Assembly: GCA_048013815.1 (NCBI GenBank)
Contig: CM106585.1
Coordinates: 18,290,001-18,354,000 of the forward strand
Length of the DNA stretch: 64,000 bases
Direction of reading: 5' to 3'
DNA from: Setoptus koraiensis
Taxonomy: Eukaryota; Animalia; Arthropoda
Shown here: piece by piece, positions 1 through 10,531 of the stretch
How the letters are laid out: each line of letters begins with the position of its first letter
Numbering within the stretch: position 1 is the first letter of the stretch
Notes under the pieces: generated by a model
Databases searched by the model: none
Told to the model about the DNA's origin: nothing
Seen by the model: only the letters and a program-made list of their open reading frames with translations
Made by a program: the position numbers and the translations under genes

Positions 1-203
1 ATATTGGTCTGTGGTTACTGACAGCTGTGAGTAATTACTAATTAGATGATACACAATCGGCGTGGTTACTTGTCAGCCAATTCTGACATTGACAGGATAT
101 TGTGGCCGGCAGGTGAAATTCAGCAATAATATTACCAAGTACGCTTACAGCATTGATTTTCGTGAGTGCGTCTTCGTTCAGCGCTTCATCCAGTCTGCTG
201 CCG

Positions 204-446
204 GTGATCGGGGGTGGGGAGGGAGGAGGCGACCTCCCCAGCGCCGCGGGGAACTCCCAGCGGCCCCGCTGCCGGTCCCGGACCCCGCAAATTGTCCTAA
301 TCCCTCAAATTTTTCTTATATACAACAAGTACATCGATCTTTGATTTATTCTCTCTATTCTTTGCAATGCTAGCTGAGACCGCCCCAATCCCAGCTCGCC
401 AACCCGAAACGGGGAGCGGTAGGGGGTGGGAGCCTCCCCCGATCAC
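204..446. mobile_element. GC-rich bipartite element with 11-bp terminal inverted repeats (candidate MITE-like relic or structured element)
   Basis: GTGATCGGGGG (204-214) and CCCCCGATCAC (436-446) are exact reverse complements. Two GC-rich, hairpin-rich arms flank an AT-rich core (~290-372). No target-site duplication seen. Confidence 0.35.
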
Positions 447-464
447 TAGAGTCATCACTTATGT

Positions 465-470
465 TTTATT
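465..470 (-). terminator. Poly(A) signal AATAAA, probably of the F-box gene
   Basis: TTTATT on + at 465-470, about 110 nt past the stop codon at 579. Confidence 0.5.
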
Positions 471-578
471 ATTATTTAATATATTTTTTACAATATTACG
501 CTTGTTGTCCAAGAGAGAGTTGTCACATTATCACGAAATCGGGTAGAGAGTTTTCCTGGTGTGAGGGGTGGCACAATG

Positions 579-1856
579 TCACCATTTGCTACTGAAACGC
601 AAGATGAAGTCCTTGTTGAACTCCAATAGAGTTGGCCTGAGTCGATTCAAACTCGACTCAATGTCTTGATTGATAGACTTTGTTGACAGGTGTAACATTT
701 TCAAGCGACCCAATCGGTGCAAATGGTCGGACATTTGATCTGTAACTTCATCCAGGAACGAATAAGAGTCTATAGTGAGATATTTTAAACCGGTTAGATG
801 ATCCACCATGCTGAACAATGTGTCCGGCAGTGGTTCGTCAAACAACAAAGGCATATCACAGCTAGAATCATCCATGAAATGTAGTGTCTCTAAATTGATC
901 ATGTGCTGTAGGCAATACAATTGATCCTCATCTATTGAATTGTCGGCGTCTATTGCTCGACTGTAATGCACCTTCAGATCAACAAGTGAGGATAGGTCAA
1001 TTCGAGCCGCATAGTAGATCAAATCCGACAAACTGATTGATTTCAAAGTTTTAATTTGGGGACTTTGCTCCAGCAATGCTTCCGCTATCTCTCTAATGGG
1101 AGGATTTGATATATTTATCGTGTCCAATCGCCCTCCAGATGGCAATACTTCTCTGCAATCCTCTAGATGATCTAAATCATCGAATCTATTGCAACACAGG
1201 TTTATTCGGCGCAAATTTGGCGACCGCGATATCATGGTCCAAAAACAGCAGCCAGTAACATTGTGACACGACACCAGTTCTAAACGAGTCAGTCTAGGCA
1301 TAGTGTCGCTATCTAACAAATTGGCTGCGTCACAACAGCAGCCTACACTGGAGAAATCTATGAACCACAATTCTAATAGTTTTAATGTTTGACTAACACC
1401 GAAGGAACTCATCAAACTGTTTCGATCTATTTTCATGTACCGTCTAACGTAGATATTCAGGCCAGAGCAATAATAAAAATATCTTGCCAGAAACTCTTCA
1501 ATCAGTTGACATTCAGTTTTGTGTTTCTGGCGAATCACATTTGTGTCGCAATCGTCCAAATCATCTGTATTGTCCTCATTGTCATTCTGTGATTGTATTC
1601 TCAATAGCTCTTGTCTAAGGTGTTTATAGTAGATGTCATAGAAATCAATATTGTCAAACTGTTGAGTCATACCTTTGGTTTGTTCCTCAACATGCAATCT
1701 ACCTATGATGTCGTGAGCCACTTTTGCATGACCTTTTGATGTTACATAACGAGATAAATAGTACCATCTTTTGTTGACTAATGCACAACTCAGTAGTGTT
1801 GAACGATCCAAGTACTCAAATATAGTCAAGAGAGCGTAATCGTCGAGCTGGTCCAT
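579..1856 (-). CDS. F-box protein with a degenerate LRR/RNI-like C-terminal region, intronless
   Basis: N-terminal F-box motif LDDYALLTIFEYLDRSTLLSCALVNKRWYYL; LRR-like repeats (LTRLELVSCHNV, LRRINLCCN, LKYLTI); 425-aa ORF. Confidence 0.85.
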   Translation of the reverse strand: MDQLDDYALLTIFEYLDRSTLLSCALVNKRWYYLSRYVTSKGHAKVAHDIIGRLHVEEQTKGMTQQFDNIDFYDIYYKHLRQELLRIQSQNDNEDNTDDLDDCDTNVIRQKHKTECQLIEEFLARYFYYCSGLNIYVRRYMKIDRNSLMSSFGVSQTLKLLELWFIDFSSVGCCCDAANLLDSDTMPRLTRLELVSCHNVTGCCFWTMISRSPNLRRINLCCNRFDDLDHLEDCREVLPSGGRLDTINISNPPIREIAEALLEQSPQIKTLKSISLSDLIYYAARIDLSSLVDLKVHYSRAIDADNSIDEDQLYCLQHMINLETLHFMDDSSCDMPLLFDEPLPDTLFSMVDHLTGLKYLTIDSYSFLDEVTDQMSDHLHRLGRLKMLHLSTKSINQDIESSLNRLRPTLLEFNKDFILRFSSKW

Positions 1857-2259
1857 CTTATGAAGCTACTTGATGATTGATTGGGACTGGATTTAATTGG
1901 TGTCGATTGATTTGTCTCAAGATGTGATTATTTAGGATTATGGTAGAAGAGTTGTTGATAAGATGCCTTAGTTCGGGCATCGTATCTTGCATTATTTTTG
2001 TTTGCATCTAGAGCATTCGCGACATCATGTGACTGGTGGGGAGCGTCGAGTGTTGTGCAAAATAAGAACTTGTTTTGCTTGCAAGTCCTGCTCGCTTGCC
2101 AAAGAAGAGGGATATTTATATATAAGATCTACTCGAAATTCCATATCTTCAAAGAAATAAGAGAGCACAAAGAAATAATTCGCCTATGTGAAGACGCTTA
2201 CAATATTCACGTATGAATAGAGCGCAAAACAAGAGTTGTCGATATTTTTCAAATCAAAC

Positions 2260-2267
2260 TTTCGCGC
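2260..2267 (+). promoter_or_regulatory. E2F-like site TTTCGCGC in the divergent F-box/Pcf11 promoter
   Basis: Exact match to the canonical E2F 8-mer in an AT-rich intergenic region. Motif match only. Confidence 0.25.
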
Positions 2268-2669
2268 TTAACTTTTAACGCACGCGCATAAATTCATCGC
2301 GCATTTTATATTTATTTCAAGTTTACGGCCCAAATAAATCGCATTGCAGCTGCTTCCACTGTGTTGTTATTATTACAAATGATAATAATATATCATAATA
2401 TTATTATTATCAAATAATAATCATCATCGTATTATTACTATTATTATTGTCTTCACTTCAAACATCATTTTCTTCAATATAATGATCTCTGGCTAACGCT
2501 ATTTTTATTAATAATATTGTAACTACAACTATACCATCATTTGCAGTATAGCCACTTCAATATTGTCAGAGTGGTGCATCTGGGTGACATTATTTGGCAA
2601 TCGATCATCGCCAGTACAATTAATAAGCGTAATAATACAACAGTAATAATAATAATAATCGCATCACAT

Positions 2670-4301
2670 ATGGAGGGAGCTAGCAAGGAAGCATTGGAGG
2701 CGGCTGCTGATTACAAATCATCTCTAAGTGATCTTAAGAATGACTCAAGACCCGTGATAGATATTCTGACGACATTAGCTGCCGAGAGTAAAATATATTC
2801 ACCTCAATTAGTTTATACAATTGATCAACGACTCAAAAGTGCGCCCCGAAATGAAAAATTTCCTATACTATGTTTAATAGATTCCATATGCAAGAATGTA
2901 AAAGACTCTAATTATGTTCAATTATTTACCCAAAATATAGTATCAAATTTCTGCTACGTATTCAAAGAAGAAATGAACGAAACAAACAGAGTAACTATGT
3001 ATAGGATGCGCAAATCTTGGGAGACTCTTAAAATATTTCCAATGCAAAAATTAAATGCTATAGATACCAGAATTAGGAAAATTGATCCCGCTTGGCCAGT
3101 GTCTGCAAAAGATACTAATGCTAACAAAAGATATAATAACAATAATAATAATAATGCTCCTATAAATAAAATTGCCAAGAAAAATGCCGCAAACCTCAGC
3201 GAAACTAGGGTTGTTGTAGCGAAAGATACAAGCGTTCGCCCATTAGATGTATTACCTGTTCAACCTGTTCAACCGGTGCCCCAACAACAACAACCGCAAT
3301 TACCTCCGCCTTTAGTTACTACCAACGGTCAGATGGTTGGGGAGGCTTGGTTTTCAGACTGTGATTATCGTGTCTATCAAAATACACAGACAGACATGAA
3401 TGTTGCTTCAGCGCAACAATGCCCACAACCCCAACCACCACCTCCGCCGCCCGAACCAGCTGTTGTGCATGTAGACGATCTACTTGAAAGTCTAGTGCAC
3501 TCTGGTCTCATTAGAAGTCAGGGATCTATGAATAACGATTTCAATAATCAACCCACAAGTCCGATACAAATAGATAATATCCTCAGTGGTCATAATATGA
3601 TGCCGCCACCGCAGCCTCCTCCACAGCAACAACAGCAACTGCTACCCATAGTGCCACCCTCGTTACATCAACTCAAGATCGAAGAGGATCCTCCCATTGA
3701 ATACAAAGTTTCTTCGTTACGTATACTTCGCAAATCTCTTATCAATTCTTTATATGCCGGTAAACAATGCACAAACTGTTCAATGAGATTCGAAGATCAA
3801 GACAGCAAGCGTTATTCTATTCATCTGGATTGGCATTTCAGACAAAATTTCAAAAGTGAAACCACTGTTCAGCAACCTGCAAGAAGAAAATGGTATTATC
3901 CTCTAGAACTATGGTGTCAATTTAGAGAGATACACGATGAGGAGGCTGATAATCAAAATCAATTTAACAAACAAAATTCCCCATATAAAAATGATAGTAA
4001 TAGCACTTCCACAAATATCGATTCTAATTGTTCTAGTAATGTCAATGTTTCTGGTGTTGGTGGTAAACAGTCGTCGCGTTCTCTCTCCTCTTCTGAGAAT
4101 AGCCCTCCAACTGTTGTGGCATCTCAAGACGAAGAAAAGAATATCTGCTCAGTGTGTTATGAGAAGTTTGAAAAATTCTGGGCTGAAGATGACGAAGAAT
4201 GGCAGCTCCGGAATGCCGTTCGTCACGATGACAATGACAAAGTGTATCATCCTATATGTTTGACTGACATGTTACACAATAGTTGTCCGGTGTTCTCATG
4301 A
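2670..4301 (+). CDS. PCF11: Pre-mRNA cleavage complex II protein Pcf11 (CID domain plus two zinc fingers), intronless, 543 aa
   Basis: CID domain (YKSSLSDL...KFPILCLIDSICKNV); zinc finger CTNCSMRF...HLDWHF; RKWYY motif; zinc finger CSVCYEKF...YHPIC. First ATG is at 2670. Confidence 0.93.
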   Translation: MEGASKEALEAAADYKSSLSDLKNDSRPVIDILTTLAAESKIYSPQLVYTIDQRLKSAPRNEKFPILCLIDSICKNVKDSNYVQLFTQNIVSNFCYVFKEEMNETNRVTMYRMRKSWETLKIFPMQKLNAIDTRIRKIDPAWPVSAKDTNANKRYNNNNNNNAPINKIAKKNAANLSETRVVVAKDTSVRPLDVLPVQPVQPVPQQQQPQLPPPLVTTNGQMVGEAWFSDCDYRVYQNTQTDMNVASAQQCPQPQPPPPPPEPAVVHVDDLLESLVHSGLIRSQGSMNNDFNNQPTSPIQIDNILSGHNMMPPPQPPPQQQQQLLPIVPPSLHQLKIEEDPPIEYKVSSLRILRKSLINSLYAGKQCTNCSMRFEDQDSKRYSIHLDWHFRQNFKSETTVQQPARRKWYYPLELWCQFREIHDEEADNQNQFNKQNSPYKNDSNSTSTNIDSNCSSNVNVSGVGGKQSSRSLSSSENSPPTVVASQDEEKNICSVCYEKFEKFWAEDDEEWQLRNAVRHDDNDKVYHPICLTDMLHNSCPVFS

Positions 4302-4439
4302 GATTATATTCTCAAGAATCTAGCACACAATATAAGCGATAAACCAGAAGTTATCGAACGAAATAAACGACTGATGATAGTTAAGTTTTTATTAAATTAC
4401 TAGCAGTGATTCTCATTCAACAATATCTTTCAATATAAA

Positions 4440-4451
4440 TTTATTAATAAA
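4440..4451. terminator. Palindromic bidirectional poly(A) signal TTTATTAATAAA between Pcf11 and UQCC2
   Basis: 12-bp perfect palindrome giving AATAAA on both strands, inside the 187-bp convergent spacer. Confidence 0.6.
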
Positions 4452-4488
4452 GCTACCATAAACAAGCAAATGTTGACTACATATTGTA

Positions 4489-4872
4489 CTAATCTTTTTC
4501 TGGCTTCTTGAGACTTGTCATCTTGAGTGATTGTCTCAATCTATCCAATATTTGTGCGTCTTCCTCTTGTTGAAGTTCCAACAATGATTCTGTTGATATA
4601 ATATCTCGGCAAACTGTCTGTTCTAGTCCTGATGACGACGATTTCTTCACGTCGGGTCTCTGATTGAAGTAATGATTATCGGCTAGACGCTCAAGAGCAG
4701 CCAGTTGTTTTTCTAGCACCTTCGGATTTTTAATGGAGCTCATCTCGCCAAGGGGAAAGTGTTGTCCAATTTGATCACGCATCATCTGGCCGTAGTCTCT
4801 GCCTTTTTTAGTTTCGTCTAATGGCCATTTCTTGCATATATTTATGAATCTTCGATATAGTGAAGACGCCAT
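4489..4872 (-). CDS. UQCC2: Ubiquinol-cytochrome c reductase complex assembly factor 2 (Cbp6-like)
   Basis: YRRFINICKKWPLDETKKGRDYGQMMR and LERLADNHY match the UQCC2 family pattern; 127 aa. Confidence 0.8.
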   Translation of the reverse strand: MASSLYRRFINICKKWPLDETKKGRDYGQMMRDQIGQHFPLGEMSSIKNPKVLEKQLAALERLADNHYFNQRPDVKKSSSSGLEQTVCRDIISTESLLELQQEEDAQILDRLRQSLKMTSLKKPEKD

Positions 4873-5226
4873 GCCGACGAATTCACTGTCTCAATAGATA
4901 GATAGTGGTGACACCAGAGTTTGCTGAAGGGAGATAACAGTTGCATACTTTTATCTGCATAAAGCACATGTATGGCATCGAAAATGAAAGCTCGATTTTT
5001 GTCATTCAAAACAGAATCAGCTGGTCGCCAATCGAAGCGGTGAGTCATGACCACTCAAGCAACAGCAAAACTATATTTTCGTAATAAATCACCGAGTATA
5101 TTAGAACAGGTAAATAAATTTGAAACTAATAGACCTATGTATGGATTTATTTGTTACAGGGAAATAATGTCACTTAGAAATATACGTATATGCTCTGTTT
5201 TCTATAAGCGCCCAATGTGTGCAATC

Positions 5227-6564
5227 TCAATAGTTTAAGGCACCTGTCTCCTTCAATTCATTCAGTCTTTGCAATGCCTTCAAGGCTGTGATTGGATTAT
5301 CTTTTGCGGAGCCACTGGCATTCTTTAGAGGCGAAAACTCCAGCTCGCGATTCACCTCCCAGACGGCAAACTCCTGAGTAAACTCAAATACATCAAAAAT
5401 AAATTTCTCCAACTTAACCCCATTGGGCTCTATCGGCTTCACTATGTCACCCGTATCTAGGTCAACGTGCGGTATCTTCTTGATGGCCACATGATGCCTT
5501 AGTCCCGACTTATTGTAGCACACATCGCGTAGGAATGATACTCGAAAGAAATGGTCACAAATGTTTCCGGCGTCATAAACTAGACGTCCAGTGGACTCGT
5601 CCTTCTGATGAGATATACTCTCGGATACCTCACTATATTCAATTACTTTATATTGGCCACTGACGCGACAGATGATGCCCACAGATTCTGTTGGCTCTCT
5701 TTTTTGGACGATCTTTGCGCCGGCGTCCACCTGCTTGTTTATGCAATACCCTACAAACATGGGATCGCAAACTCTAACAAGTATATTGTCGACACAATAT
5801 ACATGGACGTATTCAATTCCGCGGTCCTCCATGTCCGTGATAATGTCGTGTTTTTTCAAGGCATCGTATAAGCCGCCATTACCATCCGGCGAGGTAGCAA
5901 CTTTATACTTTTGGCTGAGTAAAATTTTACCATCAAATGAGAAGCATGGTAATGTGTTTTGTTCAAAGAATACAACATCCTGAGGGTCCAAGCCAAAGTA
6001 GTTCTTTTGTTCGAAAAACTCTTTAGTCTGGGACTCCGTTGCTTCACTTGTCATAATATACCAGACAATACGGGCCCTCTGACCAGTTGCCATCTCTGTG
6101 GGCCTATTAAGTTCCAGAATGCGCTCGGCTTGTATTTGAAACAGTGTCTTTCCACAGCCAACATCGAACATACCCTTGGGATGGTCAACGCCAAGACGCG
6201 TTCCTTGTCCGCCCGCTAGCAGGATGGCAGCCACCTTACCCTCGCCTATTTTCAACAGGCCTTCTTCGCGGTATTTCTTTAAAATATCCGGATCACCTTG
6301 AGCGCTTTCTCGCACTTGTTGTGGTAGCGCCTCAATGAGTTCGTCATCGATTTGACGAGTGTTCTGGCATTCTTCTTCGTCTGAATCCTTTGCCTCCTTC
6401 TGGATGTAAATCCGTTTTAAATCACTTATTTTCGCCCAATCAATACTCTTCAAGTCATTAGATAGCTCTTCTTTTTTTGAATCTTCCAGTTCATGCCAAT
6501 ATTTGATGAGATGCTCTTGTTGTTGCTCTTTTAGTAGAGCTTCGATAGATTGCAAGTCGGACAT
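5227..6564 (-). CDS. UAP1: UDP-N-acetylglucosamine pyrophosphorylase (mummy-like), intronless, 445 aa
   Basis: LLAGGQGTRLG...PKG nucleotide-binding loop, SPDGNGG, YCVDN, KLEKFIFDVF, EFSPLKN. Confidence 0.95.
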   Translation of the reverse strand: MSDLQSIEALLKEQQQEHLIKYWHELEDSKKEELSNDLKSIDWAKISDLKRIYIQKEAKDSDEEECQNTRQIDDELIEALPQQVRESAQGDPDILKKYREEGLLKIGEGKVAAILLAGGQGTRLGVDHPKGMFDVGCGKTLFQIQAERILELNRPTEMATGQRARIVWYIMTSEATESQTKEFFEQKNYFGLDPQDVVFFEQNTLPCFSFDGKILLSQKYKVATSPDGNGGLYDALKKHDIITDMEDRGIEYVHVYCVDNILVRVCDPMFVGYCINKQVDAGAKIVQKREPTESVGIICRVSGQYKVIEYSEVSESISHQKDESTGRLVYDAGNICDHFFRVSFLRDVCYNKSGLRHHVAIKKIPHVDLDTGDIVKPIEPNGVKLEKFIFDVFEFTQEFAVWEVNRELEFSPLKNASGSAKDNPITALKALQRLNELKETGALNY

Positions 6565-8231
6565 TTCTGTTGGACTACTTAATTATTGAGATAAAATATT
6601 TAGCGAGTATCTGTTGTGCACAAACACACTTAAATATTGAATTTGTTAAAATTTGCTGGTTTTTGGAATATTAGCTACTAATTAGAGTAAATGAATCGAA
6701 TATTGCTCGAATAATTCTATTTGATGACTACTCCACTGATTGCTGTCGTTAGGTGCTTTCGCGTCGAAATCTGATTCTGGATTGGCACTTCGAAGCTTGT
6801 ATCACATACTAAAGTTGCATACCAGTAAGTATAGATTGTTATCGAGAAGGAGAGAGATAGTTTGTGAAGAAGATTCTCGTTCTCATTCAAGCTATACGAT
6901 TATTATTGCCGTGTATGTGTGCAGCATAACAGGTTGTCCAGTCTAAATCCAGCCACTGATGTTGTTGTTAGTAGTTGATGCTGTTGCTATTGTTGTTCTT
7001 TTCTTGTTCTCCGTCCATTTTCCAATTGTTGCACTCCAATTTGTAGAGTAACCTTAGTCAGTATTATCGTTGTCGTCATATTACTATCTTCACCTCGTTA
7101 GATCATGTAGTATATAATGGCAGAACATGCAGACTATTATGTGTGCGTTTAGAAAATAATGATCTCAAATCCAGCTCACTACTATCTATTCATACAAGTA
7201 CCACCAACGAAATGATAATATATTGTGCATCTATCTGGGCATCATATGGTGTAGGCTGAGGATTAATGTGAGCGGTTACGACAAACCGAAAGAATTTACG
7301 ATACTATAATATAATGTATAATAATAGATAATGAGAATAATGATGTTCAAGTCAGTTCAATCATCTTGCTGTTGTTACATGTACACGGAGCTCCATATAT
7401 AGAAAAACGGCTTGATCGATCGTGTTGTTAATCGATTCAAGTTGGGCTATTATTTCAGTTGGACATCGGCGTAGCAGCCGTGTGTGTCGAGGTAGATCTA
7501 TGTGGTGGTTAAAGCGTTTGATCCACCGGCTGGAGATGATTTATACTGACACTCATGGTAGTATCAGATATTTTCTATATTGGTCGTTTTGTCTGCAGAT
7601 TGAACAGCACAATAATTGGCCAGTGAAGATCCGAATAATAAACGTTTGCCTCGGCAAACAGGTTGGAGATTAACAACTTAGCACTCAATATATATTGAGT
7701 TGAGAATATTTCGCAGTTGTATAATTGCAAAGTATAACCAACCGGCCTCCTTTGTAGCGTCGCCTTTCTACCAGCAGAGATTTTTGATGAGATAGGTAAT
7801 AATTGCCGCTACTGATAACAGCAAGAGTTCTATAGTGTGAGAGTCCGGTGATGCTTGATTGACTAGATTATCGCCGCTATCGTTTGATCTCACCTCATTT
7901 TATTGGATTTGCATCACCATTCCTGCCAGTGCCGTCATTATATCGAGATAATATCGACAGCCAGAGTGACCGCACTGTTGCCACCGCTTTACTAATCAGC
8001 ACCAGCTGATTTGGTTAATATCGGTCAAATGTCACTAGGCGGCACCTCGAGCAATCTCCCTCATATTGCACGATCATAAGAGCCACTTATCCTGGATCGG
8101 ATATGATCATCGTTACATGTCCTGTCGCCGTTTATCTAATATATCCCCTATATTTTGGGTGTTTTTCGTTGCCTTCGTCACCATCTCAACCTCAAAAATC
8201 GGCCAAGAGTCCGGCCACTGGGGCCACCTGT

Positions 8232-8466
8232 CGAGATTGAGAGGTAATTGGCGCCATTTCATTTGAATTTTCTTCTTACGCCTGCGTCAAATTGGTGAAG
8301 AAGCCAAAGCATAACCAAAGGCCTGAATGTTACCGAAACTTATGCTTAAAACGAATGAAAAGTAAACATGTTCTAGTGCGGACTGCATTGTAAGAATCAA
8401 ACAACAACCGGCCACATTTATCGAGAACATTTAGTTTGTATCCATTATCAACATTCATTACTATTG
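8232..8466. repeat. Copy A of a ~230-bp direct duplication (upstream of PSMA3)
   Basis: Collinear with 10532-10758; shared blocks include ATTGGCGCC.TTTCATTTGAATTTTCTTC, CGCCTGCGTCAAATT, CGAATGAAAAGTAA.CATGTTCT, ATTTAGTTTGTATCC and CTATTG. Confidence 0.9.
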
Positions 8467-8572
8467 ATTACCCTACTGTCACACTATTTCTTCCTACTTG
8501 GAGTCTTGGCAACAGCACGGACTATTGATAATTTGAATCATATTGTAGTATCAGTCGATTACACTAGACATC

Positions 8573-9346
8573 ATGAGCTCAATTGGAACTGGCTACGATC
8601 TATCGGCGTCACAATTCTCGCCTGATGGACGTGTTTTTCAAGTGGAATACGCACAAAAGGCTGTTGACAACAGCGGAACTATCATCGCTCTTAGAGGCAA
8701 GGATGGCGTTGTGATTGCAGTTGAAAAATTGATAGTATCCAAATTATATGAGAAGGGCTCAAACAAACGTATATTTTCAATAGATGGACACATAAGCTGT
8801 GGTGTTGCCGGCTTCATGCCAGACGCTAGAGCATTGGTAGAGCAGGCCAGAAAGACAGCACAAGAATATCGAAAAGAATATGGCGTCCCAGTTCCAATGA
8901 AATACCTTAAAGAAAGAGTGGCCATGTATGTACATGCCTACACCCTCTACTCAGCCTTTAGACCATTTGGCGCTAGTCTTGTGATGGCATCTTATGATAA
9001 GCATGATGGACCTCAATTGTTTTGCGTAGATCCATCCGGTTTAGGATTGGGGCATTACTCGCTTGCCGTTGGAAAGGGAAAACAAGCGGCGAAGGCTGAA
9101 ATAGAAAAAGTTAAGTTTGAGAACATGACATGTCGTGATTTGGTCAAGGAAGCCGCCAAGATTATTTACACTGTACACGATGAAATCAAGGATAAAGCCT
9201 TTGAGTTAGAGCTTAGTTGGGTGGGAGAATGTACTGGCGGACTTCATAAGTTGGTGCCAGAAAATATCCATAAGGAAGCCGAACAGGCGGCCAAGGATGC
9301 CCTGAAGCAGGAAACATCTTCAGATGAGGAAATGGTCAGGGGTTAG
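8573..9346 (+). CDS. PSMA3: 20S proteasome subunit alpha type-3 (alpha7), intronless
   Basis: [27 protein letters not shown] signature and acidic tail; 257 aa. Confidence 0.97.
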   Translation: MSSIGTGYDLSASQFSPDGRVFQVEYAQKAVDNSGTIIALRGKDGVVIAVEKLIVSKLYEKGSNKRIFSIDGHISCGVAGFMPDARALVEQARKTAQEYRKEYGVPVPMKYLKERVAMYVHAYTLYSAFRPFGASLVMASYDKHDGPQLFCVDPSGLGLGHYSLAVGKGKQAAKAEIEKVKFENMTCRDLVKEAAKIIYTVHDEIKDKAFELELSWVGECTGGLHKLVPENIHKEAEQAAKDALKQETSSDEEMVRG

Positions 9347-9380
9347 AGCCTATGTAAAGAACATATGTAATGTGTAATAT

Positions 9381-9389
9381 TTTAATAAA
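9381..9389. terminator. Overlapping poly(A) signals: AATAAA (+, 9384-9389) and ATTAAA (-, 9381-9386) between PSMA3 and GPN3
   Basis: TTTAATAAA in the 76-bp spacer between the two stop codons. Confidence 0.55.
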
Positions 9390-9422
9390 GTATATACATC
9401 AAGTGAAATGGCTCGATAAATC

Positions 9423-10000
9423 TCACATGTACCCATCTAAGTCGGGTACACCGTCTAGATTCCGTGGCACGTCATTATCGGGATCAAAGTCCCTGATCTT
9501 TACGTCACGGTCTTCATCATATTGTAGAGCATCATCGATGGCAAATAATATGTCACTAAGGCTGTCTTCCTTGTAGATATTCAAAGGTACAAACTTAACC
9601 AAGCTATAGTCATCAATCACAGTAGATAGTGCTGAAGTCAATTCTTTGAATTTGTTTGACCACGAGGTGTTCCAATCGCCTTCCTCTATGAGCATGAAAT
9701 TGGTGTCTGGCTCTAGATATGCCTCCAATTTAATTTTGGCATCCTTGCCAAGTAAATCCGTTTTGCTTAAAATATTATAGAATGGTATCTCTAGATTGAC
9801 CATCGTAGATAGCGTCACTAGAACAGCACTAAAAAATTTAGACGCATCTAGAAAAAAGTTGGAGTCTAATATGAAGACACCGCATAACCTAAAGTCCATT
9901 GATTGTAACAAATCTACTAGTTTTTTGATTACATTGAAATGGGTATGAAGTTCTATCTGCCCGGGACAGTCAAAGAGAATATAATCGTCATCGTAGTCGC
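9423..10000 (-). CDS. GPN3: GPN-loop GTPase 3, exon 2
   Basis: DYILFDCPGQIELHTH and ILSKTDLL motifs; acceptor ATAAAG at 10001-10002; the phase-1 join gives LG-DYDDD. Confidence 0.93.
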
Positions 10001-10102
10001 CTTTATATTTATATGAAAAATAGAAATACGTAAGCATGCGTTAATTAGTCGAATTGGACAAGTTGACATCATTGAGATTTAATAATAGATTTCACCATTT
10101 AC

Positions 10103-10388
10103 CTAATTTCTCCCTTAGCCATTCGGTATCATCTAAAAGTTGTTCCATGGCAAAAACAAGGCCTCCGTTGGGTCCAAGCTTGAGATCTTCGTCCTGCATA
10201 ACCTCATCCACGGTTACGAGTTCTCTTACATCGACAATTAGACCATCTTTGCAGACATTTTCTGCTGCTGGATCAAGATTGACTACATTTATTTGACGAC
10301 CGATCGCCTCGCCGTGTTTCACCATTGCCTGACAATATGTCGTCTTCCCATGGCCTGCTGGTCCGACAACAATGTGTCCGTATCTCAT
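10103..10388 (-). CDS. GPN3: GPN-loop GTPase 3, exon 1
   Basis: GPAGHGKTT P-loop, NLDPA, LGPNGGL GPN loop; donor G|GTAAAT at 10102; 102-nt intron 10001-10102. Confidence 0.95.
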
Positions 10389-10531
10389 TGTTTTTTCCTT
10401 TGCCTTATTCGAATCTAGTTTTTAATCTTAGACAACCAAAAAACAAATCTTTGTAGTTGTTGTTGTTTATTAATTTTGTGAGATTGGTGTAAATATTGTG
10501 TGCAGTGATTAGGCCTGCTGTGGCCGCCCAA

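Noticed and set aside
204-446. Viroid-like, RNase P or RNase MRP RNA
   Set aside because: No pospiviroid central conserved region and no CR-I/CR-V motifs; the AT-rich core would not form a rod.
2541-2669. Longer Pcf11 start given by the ORF track
   Set aside because: It begins at TTG in AT-rich promoter/UTR sequence; the CID domain starts right after ATG 2670.
4842-5054. Small ORF as a missing last exon of UAP1
   Set aside because: No EISPL/GEGL similarity and no convincing donor/acceptor pair; it overlaps the UQCC2 start region.
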